The notes under the pieces were generated by a model, which had not been told where the DNA came from, searched no databases, and worked only from the letters and a program-made list of their open reading frames with translations. A program made the position numbers and the translations under genes. This document shows, in pieces, positions 1 to 8,687 of a DNA stretch of 32,000 nt. Origin of the DNA: Acidobacteriota bacterium. GTDB lineage: Bacteria; Acidobacteriota; JAAYUB01. The stretch is taken from contig JAGNHB010000046.1 of the NCBI GenBank assembly GCA_018001935.1, positions 1 to 32,000 on the forward strand, given 5' to 3'. How positions within the stretch are numbered: the stretch's first letter is position 1; the number at the start of each line of letters is the position of its first letter.

Positions 1-23
1 GGCTCCGGGGACGGGCACCGGTC

Positions 24-3000
24 TTACTCCGTCACCTCCACCGGGCCGTAGAAGAGGCGGTTGCCGTTGTTCTCCACTTCCGCGAGTTGGTACCGGTACG
101 GGACACCCGGGACGGCGTCCCCGTCCAACCAGGCGTAAGGGGCGCCCAATGCCTCGCTCCCCTCAGCGGGGATGAGGCTGCCCGACACCTTCACGAACTG
201 GTCGGACACCCCGTCCGCCCGCCAGATCTCGAAGCCGGCCGTGCCCAGCTCAGTGGCGGTCTCCCAGGTGATCAGGACCCCGGCGGGACCCCGGACCGCC
301 TCGAGGGACAGCAGGGTGATGGCCAGGGGCGCGTTCGGGCCCACGATGCCCGAGGCGGGGTTGCCCGCCCCCAGGGGGGTCGCGGGCCCCATGGCCGCCA
401 CCACGTTGGAGAAGGTGACCTGGAAAGTGTCCCCCGCGACGAGGAAGTTGGACAGGTCGACGCTGTTGATGCGGAGGGAATTGGCGGCCGGGTCGTAGAC
501 CGCCTCGTAGGGGGCCTTGGACCCCAGCGGGACGGGCGTCCCGATGGGGGACTCCAGGGCGATGTTGGCCAGGTTCTCCACCGAAGACTCCAGCACCTTG
601 CGCTGGTAGCCGAAGTAAACTTCCACGGCGTCGGTGTAGGCGAAGGCCTCGGTGATGGAGGGGGCGAGGGCGGCCCCCGCGTCCGCGGTGACGGTACCCG
701 TGGCGCTGTTGTTGGGGGAGGCCAGGGTCACCCCGTCGGCGGTGTCCATCCCCGTGGCGGTGACGGTGTAGTTCTTGCCGCCGTCGCCATGGAGGTTGAC
801 CCCCAGGATCCAGGCCTTCATGAAGCCGGGGTCGTAGGTGACGGTGCAGGCCGACAGGTCACGGGGCGAGCCCTCGCCGGCCACCGTCAGGGACCAGTTG
901 GCGACCCGGAGCACGTCCTGCGCCTTCATGGCCCGGGAAAAGGACACCTCCACCACTTCCCGGTTCGGGTTCCCCGCCGCGTCGTAGGTCCGGGTCGACA
1001 CGATGGACGGCGTCACGCTGCTCGCCTGCCGGACCACCCCGTACATGGGACGGATCTGGGTCGAGTCCGTGAAGTAGGCGATGGGGTTGAGGAGGTCAAC
1101 ATTCGTGATTCCTGTGGTCATACGCAGACCGAAGGTGTTCCCGGCTGTGAGTGGGGTGCCGATCCCGGAAATAGTAAGCATCCGTGTGTTATCGTCATAG
1201 GTTCGGGTAGTTCCCAGCAGGCTGATGACGGAGCCTCCCTGGAAAATCGTATCCAGGAAGTTGGTCTTGCTGGTGCCCCCGTAGGTAGGGCTCAGCCGGA
1301 GGGAATAGTTCGCGCGGGACTGAGCCGAGGTCCGGGTCACGGGCTGGTTGAAGAAGACGGTGATGGTCTCGTTGTCATAGGCGATAGCGTGGGCAAAGAC
1401 TTTCTCGATGTCGTTGATGGAGTAACTTACCGAACTGAAGGGGCTGTACTGATGGGTCGGCACGCTGGCGCTGGTGAAGTCGGGCGGCCCGGGGACCTCG
1501 TTGACAAAATCCCCACCAACGGGGCGTCCGGCGGAATCCCGGACGTTTGATGCCAATGCGACGGGGTATATTAATCCATCGGTTACGAGTTGGTAGCTAG
1601 AATTGGCGTTAATCGTCAGTGTCAGGGCCGTGGAGTTCCAGATGTAGCTGTCCGCGTTGGCTAAGAAATTTGCGAAGGTTTCTGTGAATCCGGCCCAGTT
1701 GTTCCGGTTGTTGACGGCGTTGGCGGACCCGTCAGCCAGCATGTTCCGGGAGAAGCGGATGACCATGGCATCACCGCGAGTCTGGTAATCCTCCATCGAC
1801 ACCATCCACGCCGGCGTGGTATCGCTCCCCGCGGCGAAACCCAGGGCGGAGGCCAGGTTGAGCCGGCCGTTGCCGTAGAAGGGGTCGAAGCCCGTGGGGC
1901 CCAGGTCGTCGGCGGTGCTCTCCAGGAGCTCCTTGACCTTGGCGGGGGTATAGTCCGGGTTCTGCTCCAGGACCAGGGCCGCCGCGCCCGAGACCACGGC
2001 GCAGGAGGCGGAGGTCCCGTTCATGAAGGTGTAGCCGTTAGCGGGGGCGCCGGAGTACCAGTAGGGGGCGTAGATTTTCCACCCCGGCGCCGTCACGCTG
2101 ATGTCGGGGCCGATGTTGGTGAAGGCGGCCAGCCGGTCGTCGGGCTTGGTGGCCCCCACGGCGATGCCCCCGCTGGGGGCCCGGGCCCAGTTGGGAAGGT
2201 CGGAGGCGTCGTTGCCCGCGGCGCTCACCACCGTGGCGCCCAGGGCCACCGCGTCCGCCACGGCGTTGGTGAAGACGTCGACGGGGGGCTCGGGGTCGGG
2301 GAGGTACTGAAAGACGTTGGCCGAGCCCATGCTCAGGTTGATGACCCGGGCCCCGTACACGGCGGCGTAGTGGATGCCCCGGACCAGGTTTAGGACGGTG
2401 GCCCCGCCCGAGCTGTCGAACACCTTGACGGGCAACAGGGTGGCCCCGGGGGCGATCCCCACGCTCCCCACCCCGTCGGCGTTGGCGGCGATGATCCCCG
2501 CCACTTGGGTCCCGTGCCCGTCGGTGTCGGAGGGGTCGGCGTCGTTGTCGCCGAAGTCGGGGCCTGCCAGCACCTTGTCGGTGCCGGCGAACTCCTGGTG
2601 GCCGGCGAAGATCCCCGTGTCCAAAACGGCGACGACGACGCCCGACCCCGTCACGTCGTTGGCCCAGGCCACGTCCGCCTTGACCTTCTGGGGCGCCCAC
2701 TGCATGAGCGGGAGCTGGGGGTCGGTCACGGTGATGCAGGGGACGGCGATGTGGTTGGGTTGCGCCGACCGGATCCCCGGCACCCTCCGGAGCCTGGACG
2801 CCGCGCCCCGCACGCTCTCACCGGGCGCCACCTGCATCCGGATGTACTCCCTCCCGAGCGCCGTCACGACGCGTTCGACGGGAAAGGCGGTGTCGAGGGC
2901 CTCCCGGGGGACGGGGCCGCGCTGCTCGAACAGCTCCACCAGGACCTCGTCCGCCAGCCAGGCGTCGGAGGGGCCCCGGCGCCGGAGCTTGTCGCTCTGG

Positions 3001-3440
3001 GAGTAGCCATGGAAGAAGTCGTCCACGGCCCGCGCGGCCTCGGCGCCCTCCGCCCCACCCTTCCCCAACGCGGCGGGCAGGCGGAAGGGCGCCCCGGCGG
3101 GCCCCGGCAGGAGCCGGTCGTCCAGGGGGCGCACCCGCAGCTTCACGCCGTCTCGGCGCCGGAGGTACTCCCACAGTGAGCCGGGCAGGGCCCAGGCCGC
3201 TTCGCGAAGGACTTCCCCGCCGTTCTCCAGGGTCGAGTAGAAGACGGTCCGGAAGTCGTCCAGCGAGACGTCCACCGCCCAGGCCAACGCGGGGCCCGAC
3301 CACGCCAGGGCGGGCGGGCCGGCGTCGCCCCGTGCGGCACGCACCGGGCCCGGGGCCCAGGGAGCGTCACTCCCGGCAGCGAGGGCCGCACCCGTCAACA
3401 AGCCCGTCAAGACCATCCAACATGCCGTTCGTCTTCCCAT
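24..3440 (-). CDS. Secreted subtilisin-like serine peptidase (S8 family) with a ~650-aa C-terminal extension of Ig-like (SbsA_Ig/Big-type) repeats and a terminal beta-sandwich-like domain
   Basis: Catalytic triad motifs VAVLDTGI (Asp), DGHGTQVAGIIAA (His) and NGTSASCAVVSGAAAL (Ser). I chose the internal ATG at 3440 (M19 of the ORF) because GGAGG lies 6 nt upstream and it is followed by the signal-like MGRRTACWMVLTGLLTGAALAAG. The C-terminal half shows repeated 'ANYSL/NWSLTV...YD...T...' modules. Confidence 0.9.
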   Translation of the reverse strand: MGRRTACWMVLTGLLTGAALAAGSDAPWAPGPVRAARGDAGPPALAWSGPALAWAVDVSLDDFRTVFYSTLENGGEVLREAAWALPGSLWEYLRRRDGVKLRVRPLDDRLLPGPAGAPFRLPAALGKGGAEGAEAARAVDDFFHGYSQSDKLRRRGPSDAWLADEVLVELFEQRGPVPREALDTAFPVERVVTALGREYIRMQVAPGESVRGAASRLRRVPGIRSAQPNHIAVPCITVTDPQLPLMQWAPQKVKADVAWANDVTGSGVVVAVLDTGIFAGHQEFAGTDKVLAGPDFGDNDADPSDTDGHGTQVAGIIAANADGVGSVGIAPGATLLPVKVFDSSGGATVLNLVRGIHYAAVYGARVINLSMGSANVFQYLPDPEPPVDVFTNAVADAVALGATVVSAAGNDASDLPNWARAPSGGIAVGATKPDDRLAAFTNIGPDISVTAPGWKIYAPYWYSGAPANGYTFMNGTSASCAVVSGAAALVLEQNPDYTPAKVKELLESTADDLGPTGFDPFYGNGRLNLASALGFAAGSDTTPAWMVSMEDYQTRGDAMVIRFSRNMLADGSANAVNNRNNWAGFTETFANFLANADSYIWNSTALTLTINANSSYQLVTDGLIYPVALASNVRDSAGRPVGGDFVNEVPGPPDFTSASVPTHQYSPFSSVSYSINDIEKVFAHAIAYDNETITVFFNQPVTRTSAQSRANYSLRLSPTYGGTSKTNFLDTIFQGGSVISLLGTTRTYDDNTRMLTISGIGTPLTAGNTFGLRMTTGITNVDLLNPIAYFTDSTQIRPMYGVVRQASSVTPSIVSTRTYDAAGNPNREVVEVSFSRAMKAQDVLRVANWSLTVAGEGSPRDLSACTVTYDPGFMKAWILGVNLHGDGGKNYTVTATGMDTADGVTLASPNNSATGTVTADAGAALAPSITEAFAYTDAVEVYFGYQRKVLESSVENLANIALESPIGTPVPLGSKAPYEAVYDPAANSLRINSVDLSNFLVAGDTFQVTFSNVVAAMGPATPLGAGNPASGIVGPNAPLAITLLSLEAVRGPAGVLITWETATELGTAGFEIWRADGVSDQFVKVSGSLIPAEGSEALGAPYAWLDGDAVPGVPYRYQLAEVENNGNRLFYGPVEVTE

Positions 3441-3482
3441 GACGACCTCCGCTTCGCCGTTGTCCCCTCCGTTATTGATCTG

Positions 3483-3491
3483 ATTATAGCA
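3483..3491 (-). promoter_or_regulatory. Candidate extended -10 promoter (TGcTATAAT on the minus strand) for the S8 peptidase gene
   Basis: The minus strand reads ...gggattgTGcTATAATcag... about 43 nt upstream of the ATG at 3440, inside a locally AT-rich patch. No convincing -35 element. Confidence 0.35.
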
Positions 3492-3558
3492 CAATCCCGT
3501 CAGGTTCCGGGTGAAGCGGCGGAACGGGTTTTCTTCCGAAGCGGGTCGCCGGGGAGGG

Positions 3559-5052
3559 TCAGGGGGGCGGCGCCGCGGGGCCCGGGGCCCGCTTGCCGAA
3601 CCAGATGCCGGGGTCGGTCTGGTTCCAGGCCATCCCGGGGATCGGGGGTTGGGACGGGGAGAAGACGACCAGGAGGTCCCGGGGCCCCATCCGGCGAACC
3701 CAGGGGGCGAAGGCGGGCCAGTCCTTGCGGTCGCGCTGGATCTTCCGGAGGACCCGCAGGTCCTCGTCCCGCATCATCCCCGACTCGTACCCGTAGACGT
3801 AGCGCCAGCTCCCGCGGGGGTTGTCGAAGAACATCTTGTTGAAGACACTCATCTCAGCGCTGTAGACGATGCCGCCGTCCCCGGGGAGCCACCCCGACAG
3901 GCCCGGCGTCAGGGCATTCCACCGGCAGACGTTGGGGTTGACGTACCCCTGGCTGTGGTTCGGGGAGGATTCCCGGCTCCACTGGCCCATCCAGTCGGAG
4001 GTCGCGAAGACGAAGAAGGCCAGGCAGGGGAAGAAGGTGGCCCAGAGCCGCCGGGTGAGGGGCTTGAGGGAAGGGCGGTCGACCAGGTCCTCCACCAGCA
4101 GCGCCGTGAGGACCAAAAGGGCGGGGAGGCCCCACTCCGCCCAGAAGCGGAAGATCCTCAGACCGCCGACCCAGCCCAGGGCGGCCACGGCCAGGAGGAG
4201 GCGGTGGGAGGGGTCGAGGACTCGGCGGCCCGTGAGGCGGGCGTGGACCTCCAGGAGCCCCCCGACGGCCAGCAGGTAGGCGAACCCGCCCTGGAACGGC
4301 TTGAACTCGCCCACCAGGACGTCCCACTCGGAACCGGTCCCGAAAGTGGTGAACAGCAGCGAGACGTGCTGGTAGAGGTACTGGAGGGGGTGCCCGGTGG
4401 CGAGGGCGCCGAGGAGGACCCCGAGGCCCGCGCACGCGGCGAAGCGGCCGCCGTCCCTGAACCGCCCGCAGAGGAGGAAGGCGGCGAGGGGGATGGCCCA
4501 CAGGTACCAGGCATGGTGAATCCAGGTGTTCAGGGCGATCAACGCCGCGGTGATCGCCAGGACCCGCCGTCCGGCTTTCCCCGGGGCCCAGAGCTTGAGC
4601 AGGACCACCAGGATGGTCAGGGTGATGAGGAAGGGCCGGGCGCGGCTCATGCGGAAGAGGAGGCTGTCCGGGAAGGCCAGGGCGGCCCCCAACAGCGCGA
4701 CCACCCACGCCTCCGGCCTCCGGAAGAGCAGGGCGGGCACTGCGACGGCGACCCAAAAGAGAGCTACGTAGGACACAACCACCAGAGTGGCCGGGGAGCA
4801 ACCGAAAAGGGCGTGCAGTCCCGAGAGGATGGCGTGCCAGCCCAGGTGAACGTCGAGGTCCATCCCGTCGCGCAGGACGAGGACCTCCCCCCAGGTCTTC
4901 CCCGAGACCGCCTTGGCGGCGTGCCGGAGGCTGTCGCTCGCCGGGAAGTAGCTGTAGGTGTGGTGGATGTAGAGCGGGATCAGCAGCAGGATCAGCAGGA
5001 CCAGGGCGGTGAAGGTGCGGTCCGGGACATGGGGGGACGGCTTGGCGTTCAT
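3559..5052 (-). CDS. Polytopic integral membrane protein of unknown function (about 10 predicted TM helices plus a ~130-aa C-terminal soluble domain)
   Basis: Only ORF in this interval with non-degenerate composition. It has many hydrophobic helices (LVLLILLLIPLYI, VVVSYVALFWVAVAVPALLF, FLITLTILVVLLKLW and others). Start taken as MNAKPS (ATG 5052); the upstream ATG at 5079 is an alternative. No family motif recognised. Confidence 0.7.
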   Translation of the reverse strand: MNAKPSPHVPDRTFTALVLLILLLIPLYIHHTYSYFPASDSLRHAAKAVSGKTWGEVLVLRDGMDLDVHLGWHAILSGLHALFGCSPATLVVVSYVALFWVAVAVPALLFRRPEAWVVALLGAALAFPDSLLFRMSRARPFLITLTILVVLLKLWAPGKAGRRVLAITAALIALNTWIHHAWYLWAIPLAAFLLCGRFRDGGRFAACAGLGVLLGALATGHPLQYLYQHVSLLFTTFGTGSEWDVLVGEFKPFQGGFAYLLAVGGLLEVHARLTGRRVLDPSHRLLLAVAALGWVGGLRIFRFWAEWGLPALLVLTALLVEDLVDRPSLKPLTRRLWATFFPCLAFFVFATSDWMGQWSRESSPNHSQGYVNPNVCRWNALTPGLSGWLPGDGGIVYSAEMSVFNKMFFDNPRGSWRYVYGYESGMMRDEDLRVLRKIQRDRKDWPAFAPWVRRMGPRDLLVVFSPSQPPIPGMAWNQTDPGIWFGKRAPGPAAPPP

Positions 5053-5156
5053 GGGGATGAAATAGCCCAAGCGCCGCAAATAGTCAAGGGGGGAAAGACG
5101 GGTCGAACCCCGGAAGCCGGTGCCGACCCCTCACGGAGAAGTGATAAACCCCGACC

Positions 5157-5220
5157 GGGCGGATTCCTGCCGTCTTGCGGTGGCGGGACCAATGGCGATC
5201 GCGAGGCCGATACCGAGAGG
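5157..5220. repeat. Dispersed intergenic repeat, 'GGGCGGATTCCTGCCRTCTTGCG + GGCGAT/CCGATACCGA' family, copy 1
   Basis: gggcggattcctgccgtcttgcg (5157-5179) matches 9878-9900 with 1 mismatch. Both copies are followed by ggcgat..ccgataccga low-complexity sequence. Confidence 0.8.
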
Positions 5221-5238
5221 TGGCCTGGTGGGGATGTC

Positions 5239-5303
5239 CAGGAAGAGGACACCCATTCTTCTGCCTCGAGTGGGTGTCCTGATTCATACGAGTGAGTGTC
5301 CTG
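5239..5303. repeat. 49-bp conserved hairpin element, copy 1, with a duplicated 3' arm
   Basis: caggaagaggacacccattcttctgcctcgagtgggtgtcctgattcat (5239-5287) recurs at 8994-9042 with 2 mismatches. It has a perfect 10-bp stem, aggacaccca (5246-5255) with tgggtgtcct (5271-5280), and a 15-nt loop. A second near-copy of the 3' arm, cgagtgagtgtcctg, lies at 5289-5303. Confidence 0.85.
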
Positions 5304-5415
5304 TATTAACCGCCGCGGCGAGAGGGTGATGGGCCTGGCCTGCGCCGTGATGTACGCCGGAATTCCCGCTGCGGTGGTGAGCCTCTGGAACGTCCCCGAC
5401 CAGGGCACCCGGGGG

Positions 5416-7539
5416 CTATCTGACCTCTCCCGGCCTGTCCGCGTCCGCCATGACCGCCGGGCGGGTGATCACCAGCAGCTGGTGGCTCTCGGTGCAGGGC
5501 CGTCGGACAGGCGTCGAGCCGGAGACGGACAGGGTGTACTCCGATCCCCCGGCCGACTTCTCCACCTGCAGCGACCCGCCCGGCGGGATCACCTGCCGTG
5601 TCTGCCAGAAACCCTCGGGGGCGTCCAGGGGGAAGCGGACGAGGGTTTCCGGCTTGAAGACATACGGCGTGTCGCCGCCGAACATGTCGGCGGACATGGC
5701 AACGTCCACAAACACCGGCGCCGCACCGCGGTTGGTCAGAACCAGGTGGACGGTGTGGTTCTGACGGACGGAACGGTAACGCAGCCAGGGCCGACCCGGA
5801 GCGACGGCGTCGCTCTCCACCCAGATCTTCCCCTGGGCGTTGCGCTTCACCAGGTTGGTGGCGATCTCCGAGAGTTGCCGGGCGAGGACCGACTCCGAGT
5901 AGCGGAGGAGCCGGCCCTCCCGGACCACCACGCGCCCGTCCGACAGGACCGTGTCCACGTCCCGGGGACCGCAGCTGTAGATCAGGAGCGGGACCAGGTT
6001 GTCCACGTCCTCGGCCTGCACCACGGGTGCCAACCCCAGCCGTTTCCGGGAGAACAGCACGAGGTCGGCCTCCTTGCCGGCCTGGATGGAACCGGTGACG
6101 GCGCCCAGCCCCAGGGCCTCCGCCCCGCCCAGGGTCGCGGCGCGGAGGACGTCCCAGGCCTTGATCGCCTTGGTCCGGGCCGTGTTCAGGTACTGGATTT
6201 TCTGCAGGTTCCACGTGGCCTTCATGGCCTGGAAGAAGTCGATCCCGTCGTTGCTGGCGGCGCCGTCGGTCCCGATGGTGACCGGGATCCCCTCGTCCAG
6301 GTAGCGGAGGATCGGGGCCACGCCGGACGAGAGGTACTGGTTGGAGTCGGGGCAGTGGGCGACCCAGGCGCCGTGGGCGCGGAAGATGTACCGGTCCGTC
6401 TCCTCGGGCCAGACGGCGTGGATGGCCACGTAGCCGTCCATCCCCCCGAGCCATTCGAGGAGCGGGACGGGGGAGATGGTCTCGGGGCCCTGCAGCGCCT
6501 GCAGGTTCGCCTTTTCCACGGCCGTCAGCCGGTCGGCCTGGTCGGACAGCATCTGGCCGGCCAACCGGGACACCTGGAGCATGTTGTCCGCCTGGCTGGG
6601 GGATCCTCTGCCCAGCATCTGCTGCATGAAGAGGAAATCCGCGGCGTCGAGGCGCTCCCCGTAACGCTGGACGTAGGCGTCGAGCAGGGTGTACAGGTCC
6701 CGCTGCTCCTGGACGTTCTCCATGGTGTGCTCGGTCATTCGCAGGCCGAGCTGCTTCGCCAGGAGGATACCGTCGTAGATCGTGGGGGTGTCGAAGTAGG
6801 AGAGGGTCCCGAAGCCCATCCACACGTCGACGGCGCTGCCGCCCAGCCGCCTCAGGCGCCGGATCTCGCTGACCTTGGCGTCGTCCGGCAGAAAGACCGC
6901 CTGGTGCCACCAGACGACGTCCCCCTCCAGGCCCGCGTCCTTGAGCGCCCGGACGACCTGTTCCAGGGCGAACTCCTGGAAGTTCATCGACGCGTAGTCG
7001 GACACGGTGGTCACGCCGGAGAGCAGGGCCTGGTTGGCGGCGGCGAGCACGACCCGGTAGAGTTCCTCCGGCTCGAAGAGGTGGCAGTAGTCGTAGATGC
7101 TGACCCACTCCTGGAGCTTGCCGTCGGGGCGGAAGCCCTTGGCCACGTGCTGCCAGAGGTGGGTGTGGGTGTTGACGAAACCGGGGACCGCCACGAGGTC
7201 GGACCCGTCGATGGCGAAACCCGGCCGCTCGACCCGGGCGGGGTTGGGGGACACCCGAACGATCCTCCCGCCGTCCATCACGATGTCCTGGTGGTGGAGG
7301 ACCCGGGAGTTCTCCACGTCCACCACGGTGACGTTCCGGATCACGTCGGCGGCCGCGATCGGGTCCGGGGGGACCATTCCAAGCAGGATCAGCCCCAACG
7401 AGATGACAGGCGCCGCGAGGCGTCGCCGGCGTCTCGCCGCCGGGCGCGCCGACCGGGTGGTGGGCCCGGGAACCCGGCATGGAAAGGGGGAACCGGGAAG
7501 AGGGGCGGGTGGGGCATTTTGTGCATGAGGGTTTTTCAT
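5416..7539 (-). CDS. Amidohydrolase-superfamily metallohydrolase (chlorohydrolase/aminohydrolase-like) with an Arg-rich Tat-like signal peptide and an extra ~150-aa C-terminal beta-rich domain
   Basis: N-terminal fold signature ...VVDV...MDGGRIV...GSDLVAVPGFVNTHTHLWQH (HxH metal motif), with HAVW, GTDG and a late Asp region downstream. N-terminus is RRRRRLAAPVISLGLILLGMVPPDPIAAA. Confidence 0.85.
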   Translation of the reverse strand: MKNPHAQNAPPAPLPGSPFPCRVPGPTTRSARPAARRRRRLAAPVISLGLILLGMVPPDPIAAADVIRNVTVVDVENSRVLHHQDIVMDGGRIVRVSPNPARVERPGFAIDGSDLVAVPGFVNTHTHLWQHVAKGFRPDGKLQEWVSIYDYCHLFEPEELYRVVLAAANQALLSGVTTVSDYASMNFQEFALEQVVRALKDAGLEGDVVWWHQAVFLPDDAKVSEIRRLRRLGGSAVDVWMGFGTLSYFDTPTIYDGILLAKQLGLRMTEHTMENVQEQRDLYTLLDAYVQRYGERLDAADFLFMQQMLGRGSPSQADNMLQVSRLAGQMLSDQADRLTAVEKANLQALQGPETISPVPLLEWLGGMDGYVAIHAVWPEETDRYIFRAHGAWVAHCPDSNQYLSSGVAPILRYLDEGIPVTIGTDGAASNDGIDFFQAMKATWNLQKIQYLNTARTKAIKAWDVLRAATLGGAEALGLGAVTGSIQAGKEADLVLFSRKRLGLAPVVQAEDVDNLVPLLIYSCGPRDVDTVLSDGRVVVREGRLLRYSESVLARQLSEIATNLVKRNAQGKIWVESDAVAPGRPWLRYRSVRQNHTVHLVLTNRGAAPVFVDVAMSADMFGGDTPYVFKPETLVRFPLDAPEGFWQTRQVIPPGGSLQVEKSAGGSEYTLSVSGSTPVRRPCTESHQLLVITRPAVMADADRPGEVR

Positions 7540-7628
7540 TTCCGTAAGGTAAGGGCAACAACGGGGGAAGTCAAGCGGATTCCCGGGCCGTGGACCGGGG
7601 ATGAAACGGGGCTCGGGAAAAAGGCGGC

Positions 7629-7746
7629 AAAGGACGAAAGGACTTAAAGGACCAAAAGGACCAAAAGGACAGGCGGGGCAAAAAAGGACAGGCAGAGAGA
7701 GGCGGGGCAGAGAGGGGCAGGCAGAGAGGGGCAGGCAGAGAGGGGC
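7629..7746. repeat. Tandem short repeats in a divergent intergenic region: six AAAGGAC-core units (8-9 bp period), then about 2.5 copies of a GGCAGGCAGAGAGG-type 14-mer
   Basis: The AAAGGAC core occurs at 7629, 7637, 7646, 7655, 7664 and 7683. The sequence ggcagagaggggcaggcagagaggggcaggcagagagggg spans ~7707-7746. Confidence 0.85.
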
Positions 7747-7812
7747 GGCGAGGAGCGGTTGGCCGGCCTGCCGTCGCTGAAACCGGGCGCCCTACACGCC
7801 CGTATACGATGC

Positions 7813-8616
7813 ATGGTCGATCAAGACAACGATACGGTAGTCGACAACCCGAGGGACACAAGGCCAGGGGTCCGTATTCGGGAGGACGTCACGGTAAAAG
7901 GGACCGACGGGGTCGCCGCGTCTGCGGCCCGGCGGTTCCTGGCGGTAGCGGTCGGAGTGCTGCCGGTGCACACCGGGCTGCTCTGGCACCGCCTGTCCGG
8001 GGGCGGGGCCTTCTCGGTGGCCGAGATGCTCGCCTACCCCCTCGTCCTCGGGGGGGCCAACATCCTGCTGATCCTGCTCCTGGACCGCTTCCTGCTGAAG
8101 GCTCCCCGGCGGAGCTTCAGCCCCGGCCCGGGGAGCGCGACGGGCGACCTGGGGTGGGGGATCGCTCTCCTGGCCGCCTATTTCCTGTTGATGGCCGTCG
8201 AACGCGCGGTCCTGGGGGCGTGGCTGCCGGGGGGGAAACCCCTCTCCCCGGAGTTGATGAACCTGCTTCGGGGGCTGGCCCGCGACCCCCTGCTCCTGAC
8301 CCTTTGGCTCGGGCCGGTCCTCTGGGTCGGGGTGGCTCTCTTCGAGGAGACGGCCCGGGTCTTCACCCTGAAGACTCTCTGGGGCATCCGGGACTCTGCC
8401 GCCTGGCGGGGGGGCGTGATCGTGGCTTTCGCCGTCCTGTTCGGGGTGGCGCACCTCTACCAGGGCTGGATCGGCGTGGTCACCACCGGTGTGCAGGCCG
8501 TGGTGTCCGGGCTGTTCTACCTGCGTTTCCGGCGCCTGGGGCCGCTGGTCTGGGCGCACGGCCTCTTCGACGGCATCCAGGTCGTCCAGTTGGTCGTCCT
8601 GCTCCGGCAGGCCTGA
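7813..8616 (+). CDS. CPBP-family intramembrane glutamic endopeptidase (CAAX protease-like)
   Basis: Family motifs EETARVF (EExxxR), FAVLFGVAHLYQG (FxxxH) and HGLFDG (HxxxD/N), with multiple TM helices. Start is uncertain: ATG 7813 lacks an SD, and the alternative TTG 7759 is preceded by GAGGAG. Confidence 0.8.
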   Translation: MVDQDNDTVVDNPRDTRPGVRIREDVTVKGTDGVAASAARRFLAVAVGVLPVHTGLLWHRLSGGGAFSVAEMLAYPLVLGGANILLILLLDRFLLKAPRRSFSPGPGSATGDLGWGIALLAAYFLLMAVERAVLGAWLPGGKPLSPELMNLLRGLARDPLLLTLWLGPVLWVGVALFEETARVFTLKTLWGIRDSAAWRGGVIVAFAVLFGVAHLYQGWIGVVTTGVQAVVSGLFYLRFRRLGPLVWAHGLFDGIQVVQLVVLLRQA

Positions 8617-8687
8617 GAAAACGGGTGCCAGGTTCTATCCAAGACCAATCACTTCGTGCCTTGGTGAGAGCAATTCCGGAAGGATCG

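Noticed and set aside
5095-5135. tRNA-like T-loop word (minus strand cggggttcgaccc) near the membrane-protein gene start
   Set aside because: No complementary T-stem, acceptor stem or anticodon arm could be built around it. I found no other GTTCRA-type T-loops in the intergenic regions I checked.
5296-7647. 783-aa plus-strand ORF (and the 751-aa minus-strand ORF at 5306-7561) overlapping the amidohydrolase gene
   Set aside because: The translations are Arg/Gly/Pro/Asp-rich low-complexity strings with no motifs. Long alternative-frame and antisense ORFs are expected at this GC content, and the 5416-7539 frame carries clear amidohydrolase motifs.
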